Origin: Paramecium tetraurelia
Taxonomy: Eukaryota
NCBI GenBank assembly: GCA_000165425.1
Contig: CT868374.1
Span: 124,001 to 188,000 of the forward strand
Length of the DNA stretch: 64,000 nt
Direction: 5' to 3'
Part shown: piece after piece, positions 56,349 to 64,000 of the stretch
How the letters are laid out: each line of letters begins with the position of its first letter
Position numbering within the stretch: the first letter of the stretch is position 1
The notes under the pieces: generated by a model
Database searches by the model: none
Told to the model about the DNA's origin: nothing
The model's input: only the letters and a program-made list of their open reading frames with translations
Position numbers and translations under genes: made by a program

Positions 56349-59135
56349 ATGTTCAACATATTTAAAAAGAAAGAACAAACCCAAGCTTAAACAGCTCCTC
56401 CCCCACCACCGATATAATAACAGTAATAAGTTGTACAGCAGCCTTAAGTTGTTCCTCCTTAGTAACCAGCTCCAAAAGGATCAATATTCAAGGGAAATGT
56501 TAAAGTAAAAGCACCTCCTCCACCTCAAACTTAAGAAGTTCAATAATAATAAATGCCAGCGCCTCCAACATATCAAGCGTAGGTACATTAAGGACAGTCT
56601 AATTCTGATATACTATTACCAGAAAGCGATGCCTACAAATAGTAATTTAATTAAATGGAAACACCAACTCCATAAGAGGATTTCAATGTAGAGTAAAAAG
56701 TAGAGGCCAAAATAAATGTGGAAGAAGTCAAAAAGAAACCAGCTGGCTTTGGGTTCATAAAAAAAAAATAACCTGAACAGCCGGTTCCTACAGATGAATG
56801 TTTGTAAGAATAAGTTGAAAGCTAGATAATTTATGGAATTCAAGTTCAATAAAATTAGGAACAACAAGTGAATAAATTATAGGATTACTCCTCATAGTAG
56901 ATTTATCAATAAAATAATTCTGCTCAATAAATTAAAGAGCAAACTATTAATGATGATTAAAGTGTATAATTGTAAAATTCAATCAAGTAAAATGAAAAGG
57001 AAAGTGAATAATAGTAGTAATAATAGCAATAATAATTGTATCAATAATAATAGTAATAAAAATAATTGCTATAATCCACCATGTCAAGTTCTTCATAGAT
57101 AAAAAATAATTTTATCAATAAAAGTCAATTCGATTCTAATTCCATTAATGCTCAATTAGATAGTTCGTATGTGAAACAACATCAAATGATTATGGAAGAA
57201 TTGGAATACTTTCAAAATGAAGTTAATTAAAAGAAAGCTCAAATTTACATCTCACAATAAGAAATTGAAAAGCGAATAATTACCTATTAACAAAAACTAT
57301 AAGAGTGCAATAGTTGCCTTACTGAACTATCGATAGAGTAGTCGGTGAGTATACAATAGGAATAATTTGAGAGGGCAGAGGAAATTGAATAATCCCTAAA
57401 AGTTATTTAAAATAACATAACTTAAATTGATAATAAGATTAAATATGAAGAATAGCAATATAGCGAATTATAGGATGAAAAGGAAAACATAAGAGGAGAA
57501 GAGTATCCATTTTATTAAGAAACAGAGTAGAAGTTAGAAGAGATAGAAAGATTACATATCAAGTATAGTGATTAGTACAAGTTTGAAGGATAGGCCTAAA
57601 TAAAGAAACTGCAATAACACATAGAAGAAGAGAATGAGAGAGTGAAGATCTAGTAAATTCACACTGAGATTGATAGTAAACATTTGTATGAAGAAGAACA
57701 ACATCTGAATCAAATAATGGATAATCAAACTAAGGAGTATCGAATTGAGTAAGACCAATTAGTTAATAAAAAGTCAACTTTAGAATCTGAGATTGCAGAA
57801 TTGTAATTATTATTAAATCAAAAGAAAAATGAATTATAAAAGGTGAATTATGATTTACTTTCAACCAAAGAGAAAATTCAACAAGTTCAATAAAAATTCA
57901 ATTTATAACTAGTCAAAGTCTAGAATAAGAGAACCAAACTTGATGATGAACTCAATAGTTTAGAAACTGAACGAGCTTAGATTGAAGCTCTTGAAGGCGA
58001 TAATCTAAGATAGTAAAATGAGTATAAGAATAAGCTTGAATATTTGTCGTAATAATTGGAAGCCATTAGAGTCAAAAGAAATGAACTCACTCGAAAAGCC
58101 AATTTGGTACCTGAATAGTGTTAATAAGAATTGGATGTAACATAAAAATACTAGGAGGCTAAAAAGGCCAGTACAGAAGCTTTATAGGAATTGGCATAAG
58201 TTTAAAGGTAAATTGATGAATTAAATTACAAGAGGAATATGGGACAGACCTAATTACAGGAAATTCTCATTAAAAAAAGTGAGCTTCAAAAGAATCTGCC
58301 TAAGATGATTGATGATAAGGCACAGTTGGTATAGAATAAGAGCTTTAAAGGTGCTGCACAAATTAATGAGTAAATAAAAGAGGCTTAAAGATAGATTACT
58401 TTATATGAAGAAAAAATATCTGAAAATCAAAATATAGAAACTTAGATTCTCAAAGAAATTGACCAAATTGAAGACTCCTTCTTGATTACATAACATCGAT
58501 ATCAATAGCTTTAATAAAATGCAGAAATCTGCAGATATTTTGTTTTGGAATTAAAATTGTAAGAGATTTCATAAATCGATTATTTTGGATTATCTTAACT
58601 AGAATTGGATGTATTATTATAAATTTAATTAATTTTAGATTAAGAATGAAATGAATCAATTGGTTAATAAATATTAGGACTTAATTAAAGCAAATCGAAA
58701 AGTTTCTACTGAATATGTTGAGTAGATCCAGGATCATGAGGAAGAAGTAAATTATAATAAAAATGAGGAACAATAAGAATAGTAGAATCAAGTAGAAGAA
58801 GAATAAATAGAATAAATTAATGACTTAAATGAGAAAGAAGAATTATAATAATAGGAAAATGTAATTGAAATGAGTGAAGAGCAAAGAAAAAGCTATATAA
58901 AACATTAGTAGTATTTATATTGGGATCTCTAAGAGAAAATGAAAGCATTAGATGTATAGGTCTAAGATTTTGTTCAAGTAATAGTTGGTATTGATTAGAG
59001 AAAGAACAATATGAGGAAGCTGATTAGATTCAACAAGAAATGGATAGACTTGTAATTAAAGCAGCTGTAATAGAAAAAGAACTTAAATAGAAATTTAATG
59101 TTGATAGGCTAATGCCAGAAGAAGAAGAGGATTGA
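56349..59135 (+). CDS. large coiled-coil protein with Pro/Gln-rich N-terminus and UVR-like C-terminus
   Basis: MFNIFKKKEQ..APPPPP; poly-Q as TAA/TAG runs; EQYEEADQIQQEMD. Confidence 0.75.
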
Positions 59136-59229
59136 TGTTTTTTTTATTTTTATTATTGATTAATATCAATAAACAAGACTGAAAAGTTCTATTAGTCTTT
59201 ATAAATGGCACTATTATATTAATAGATGT

Positions 59230-61369
59230 TCAAATAAGCTCAAATAAATTTGCCTTGTTGCTGTTATTATTAATATTATTAACAGGAGGATCATCAAAAC
59301 TTAAAAGATCAATATCTTGTTATTGTTATTATTATTCTTATTTGTTATTTTACTGATTTTCACTTTATTAGACTTAAGCTTAGTTCTCTTGTTTCTCTTA
59401 TTTTTCTTCTCCTTTGTAAATCTTAATATCTTGTTAATTACTTGATATTTAAATGAATAAATACTTAATTTTAATCTTGATGTTTTTGTATAATTAATGG
59501 GGTAGTTTGTGAAATAGATTGCTGATGCTCCCCATATTTTCCAAAGCTAAAACTAAATCTTAAGTTTCCCATAAGCGTAAGTCCTTTGAGAAATTCTAGA
59601 CGGCTCCACTGTTAAAGCAAACTAAGGTCTTAACAATTTCTGGATCTGTTGACAATAATCTCCAATAAATATAGGTTCTATCTCTAACATCAGGGTTGAA
59701 TGAGTCTTTCGCAGAAGTGATTAATTATTAGATTAGAATGGAACACTATGATGGATATTTGAGATATAATTAGACTGCGGAGGTTAGTAATTAAAGTTGA
59801 ACTAACCTATCTTCCATTTAGAAATTGTCAATATATTCTTTCATTTTTTCAGCTGATTTTGGAATATATTCACCAAATTCTCCTAAAATCCATGCACATG
59901 CACTCTAAACTATCAATAAACTTGATTACTTTTGATTCTGGTTCATTTGCATATTCAATAATAGAATATATGAATTTTAGACTATCTTCATGTTTATACA
60001 TTGATTTGTTTTTCTTATAAATAAGCTGCATTTAAATAAGCAACTCTTAGACTGGTTCAGTAGGTTATTGGACATTTTTAGCGAATTCAACTAAAATGGA
60101 TACTGCTCTAAAAGTTAAGAAATTTAAATATACTTATCTAAGGCTTTGTCATAAGTGATAGCAATTTTTCCGATTGATTTTATAGCCTTTCTGACAAAAT
60201 GAGGATCGGCTTCATTTAAGTAAATGAGAAGTTCATTAAGAACTTGACCAAAGTTTTTGGAATCACAAATTCTAACCATAATATCTAGTTTCTCATATTT
60301 AATATAGTAGGGTTCATTAAAAGAGCAGAAAAACACTTTTACTTCATTTTCAAATAAGATTGGGAACTTCTGCAAAATCAAAGAGATATTTCTGAGGATT
60401 GTGTACTATACTTCTGGTTGATTCCAAGACAACAAAGAAATCAAAGATGGTGCCACTTTCTTGCATAAGTTTTTAACTAGATCCCCATTGTCTAAGAAAT
60501 CCAAATATTTCAGAATAACCTTAACAGCACAAAATGTGACTGTTGGATTTATGTGACTCAACCTTGGAAGTGTTCTCTCTATGATTACTTCGGCTTATTT
60601 TGAATCCTATGGATTGTAAGAAGCCAAATAATCCAAAATAAATATTTATCCCCACTCAATGCATTCATCGACTGCTAGTAATAACTTTTATATGATCTTC
60701 TAATTCAAATTGATGATTTATTTGCCACTCACAACTTCGATCTCTCTCATTGATTAAATCAAGTTAGCCAAGACCAATGCATTTGACTCCTTCTCCAATA
60801 ATTTCTACAGCAATTCCAAAAGAGGAGGACATATTTCAGGTGACACTTCGTAAACCTTATTAGATCACATTAGCAAATACTTTTGGAACACATAAAACAG
60901 CAGTCTTACGTACATAAGGATCATCATCCTATATGCAATCTTTTAAAGGCTCAATTAAATATTCATTAAGTTTTGGTACGCGTAAACACCCAAATGTTCT
61001 GATGGCAAGAGCTCTTACTAAAGGATTCTCTGACTTCCTCACATCTTTTCTAAAATTTTATATGACCATAATGGCATCATCAGGTTTTTATCTGGAATAG
61101 TTAACAATGTAAAGATAAATCTATGGAATAATCATTTTTTAAATACAAGTTTCTTCATCTCTATGTCATTAAATTCTAAACACTTAATGACAGACTGAAA
61201 TAGATCTGATACGTCTTTACCCACAGTCATATAAGCTATCACTTTCTTTACAGCCTACACTATTGATATTAAGCCTTACTTCTTTCTTCTTTTCAAAATT
61301 CAAGTCATTTAAATCTGCATAAAGCTCTTGCAATTCTCCACGCTATGGATTATTTCCAAAATAAGCCAT
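59230..61369 (-). CDS. AP-1/AP-2-type beta-adaptin lacking the ear domain
   Basis: [60 protein letters not shown]; clathrin-box-like DLLSFD shortly before the stop. Confidence 0.92.
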
Positions 61370-62073
61370 TTAAATATAAAATATTTTATAAATAAAAACC
61401 AAAAAATTCACGCTTACTTTTGTTGATTGTTTTCGATTCTAATTACAATCTTTGTTTGAAATAACAGTTTTTACAGGACCATTATTATTACGATAGATTT
61501 CCGAAATTATATTTCTTAATAAAGATCTCTATCAAAACTTCTCTATTGTAATAGCCTTTTTCAATTCAAATTAATGCTCCATCTGCAATTATAACTCCTT
61601 TATATTTCTATATTGTAAATTATGATCAAAAGGGAGGTTGAAATGATACCTATAGCTATAATAATTCAAGTAAAATGTAATTCCTATTTTAGTTTTATTT
61701 AATTTTTCATCTTTAGAAAAGATTGTTATTTATTCTCTTAAGAAATATGAAATTAGATAAAAAATTTTGAAAAATATCTTTGGTTCTTTTTAAGAAGTAA
61801 TTTAATATGCTCTAATTTATTTTTTTAAGTTGAAATGTATTATGAAATTAAATTAATAATAATTTAAATAGAAAATTAATGCTCTATTAGTTTTTTAATC
61901 AAGAAAAAAATTAACTAACTTCTTTTCATCCCTCAAGGAAGATTAGAATCTTTAAATCCTTTTACAAAGTTACTTTAAAATCATTTATATCATCTAATAT
62001 TTTTGTTAAGATGCAATCAAGTAGATATTGAATTTTAAATAATTTATAGCTATTTGCATTATTAATATTAAAT

Positions 62074-62909
62074 TCATTCAAATGAGGTGGCTTCTTTCTT
62101 TTTTGTTAATTACATTCCTTTCTTTGGAGCTTATTTCACATTTGATTATTTTTGCAATACTTAAGATGGAGTGCTTAAAATTTCACTTATTATTTCAGAT
62201 TTAGGTGCAGGATTTACCTTTTCTAAATTCAATACTATTTACATACCTTCATTTTATGGTAATTTGAATGCATTATCAATAGCTTTGGATTACTTTTAAG
62301 TCTTTCTCTAGGCTAATTCTTCTTATCTCTTTCTTTCCATTTCCATCTAATGTTTTTTAGCCTATTCTTTTGCTTCATTTTCCTAAATAATATTTAGAAA
62401 TTTAATACTCTTGCTCTGGTTAACATCATATGAATCTTCTCTTCTGAACTTTCCATCTCCAAGGCTGTCTACACTTAACTTGTTGTTGTGCTTTCTCTCA
62501 ATCCAGCAGATATTATATCATCAATGGCTAAAAGTATTTCAAAACTATTCTTTTTTATTGACTCTTCGCTAACTATGTTTAAGTATTAATAATACCTTAT
62601 TAACAGATGTCAGAAAGAACATTCTTCAAAATTCTTAATACTTCTAAATCCTCGATAATATTGCTATTTTTTGATGTAATCAGAACGATGTAAATGTTAT
62701 CAATGGGAGTATAAATATATCTTAAATTCTCATGATCGATGAATGTATGCTATTGAGTTGGAGAAATCAATTTAGGAAAATTACGAACTTGCTAAATATA
62801 TTTTCAAGTTTCTTACTTCCTTTAATTCATTTGTTGTAATTCCTTAAAATTGTCTTCCTATAAACAGGATTCCATTCTTATCACATATTGCAGCTGAGAT
62901 AATTACCAT
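62074..62909 (-). CDS. ARCN1: coatomer delta subunit, short form without mu-homology domain
   Basis: MVIISAAICDKNG..IGRQF; QHTFI....RYIYTPI; SNIIEDL; ALEMESSEEK; ends KKGMQLTKKKEATSFE*. Confidence 0.85.
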
Positions 62910-63427
62910 CTTACGTGTATTAATTAAATAAATTATTATATAAATTATTTATTTTATTATTCTTGGTGATTCTTCATATGCAACCCAAAAGTGATATGTA
63001 ATTTATTTGTGCACACATAAATATATTCGATAAATAGGATTTATATGATTCACAAATTAAAAATGGATTGATATTAATTTCACTACCTAGGGATTAGAAA
63101 ATATATCATATTGTTTGATAGTATTTTTACAAAATCTTAACAAATATCCTTAAATAAGGTTGTTTTTATTATACAATTAAAATTATTAAATTGTTTATAA
63201 TAAAAATATTTATAATCTCAAAACTAAAAAAAACATAAAATTGAATAGTTAATGTGATTTTAATGGCTTCAGTCAACTTTTTTTATTAAATTTTAATTGA
63301 ATAGTAAGTGAACTCCTCTAATTTATATGGATTGTTAGTTTGCTCAGTTGAAAATGAGACAATTGTGAGATTATATTAATGTATAAAAACGGTATTTAAA
63401 TAAATATTTTTATTATTGAACAAAAGA

Positions 63428-64000
63428 ATGAAAAGTATTTCAGGAATATTAGTCATTTTGCTTTTAAGTCAGAGTGTTTTTTGTAGTCCAAAGAAGATCA
63501 ATACAGATTTTTTGAATTTACTTAGTTCTAAAACGAATGTTATGAGTTCATAAGATGCTATCCAATCAGTGCTTACATTGTTAGAAGATCTTTAAGGAGC
63601 AAATGTTGAAGCTTCAAGACAAGGCTGACCTCACATTTTAAAGATTTGAACAAGCCATTTTGTAAGATATCAATGAGTTGTCAGGAATTGTGAATGTGAA
63701 TTCCAAGAGTGCAGCAGCTGCTCAATAAGATTTGGAAGCTGTCGAGTATTTATTTATCATTGAACATAAAGCCTCAAAATCTAATAAACCACAGACTACT
63801 TGAATTGGAATAACAAGCGATTCAAGGCAAATGAAGTTAAGCTTGAAAACTTAGCTGAATAAAGATGTGAAGCCAATGCCTTGTTCATCGACACATTGAG
63901 AGAGTACAAGAATGCGCTTTCTGTCCTTGATTGGGTAAGAAGTGATGCACAAAGCAAATAAAGTACATTAATAGAGAAGAGTCACATTGGAGATTATGCA
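63428..64000 (+). CDS. trichocyst matrix / granule lattice-like proprotein (partial; +1 frameshift near 63614)
   Basis: Signal peptide MKSISGILVILLLSQSVFC; DAIQSVLTLLEDL; QRCEANALFIDTLREY; runs off the window. Confidence 0.72.

Noticed and set aside
57000..57075. TAA/TAG runs resembling stop clusters or satellites
   Set aside because: They are poly-Gln codons within the 56349-59135 gene

Overview
Gene-dense, AT-rich ciliate macronuclear DNA, very probably Paramecium (tetraurelia-like). TAA/TAG must be read as Gln and TGA is the only stop, so the supplied standard-code ORF track is mostly fragments or antisense shadows. Introns are tiny (about 21-29 nt, GT..AG) and intergenic gaps are often under 40 bp. 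Hand translation gives about 45 protein genes and one tRNA-Arg(UCU). Recognisable products: DENN protein, KATNAL2, hormone-sensitive-lipase-like hydrolase, NOM1, MRT4, DNAAF6/PIH1D3, MORN proteins, ICT1, SNF1/MARK-like and PKA-like kinases, RPL15, RPS11, a GBP GTPase, an Unkempt-like CCCH protein, beta-adaptin, delta-COP and a trichocyst-matrix-like protein. There are also several decaying pseudogenes. The top oddity is a tandem pair of intronless, bacterial-type Cj0069-family ATP-grasp genes with a homogenised core and a shared CACGTG upstream element. Other notable items are a divergent tandem pair of 4-Cys FAM136A-like proteins, a tail-anchored TPR protein with three CP heme-type motifs, adjacent truncated coat subunits, and a myristoylated pseudokinase-MORN fusion. 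All family calls come from motif recognition by eye, not database searches.
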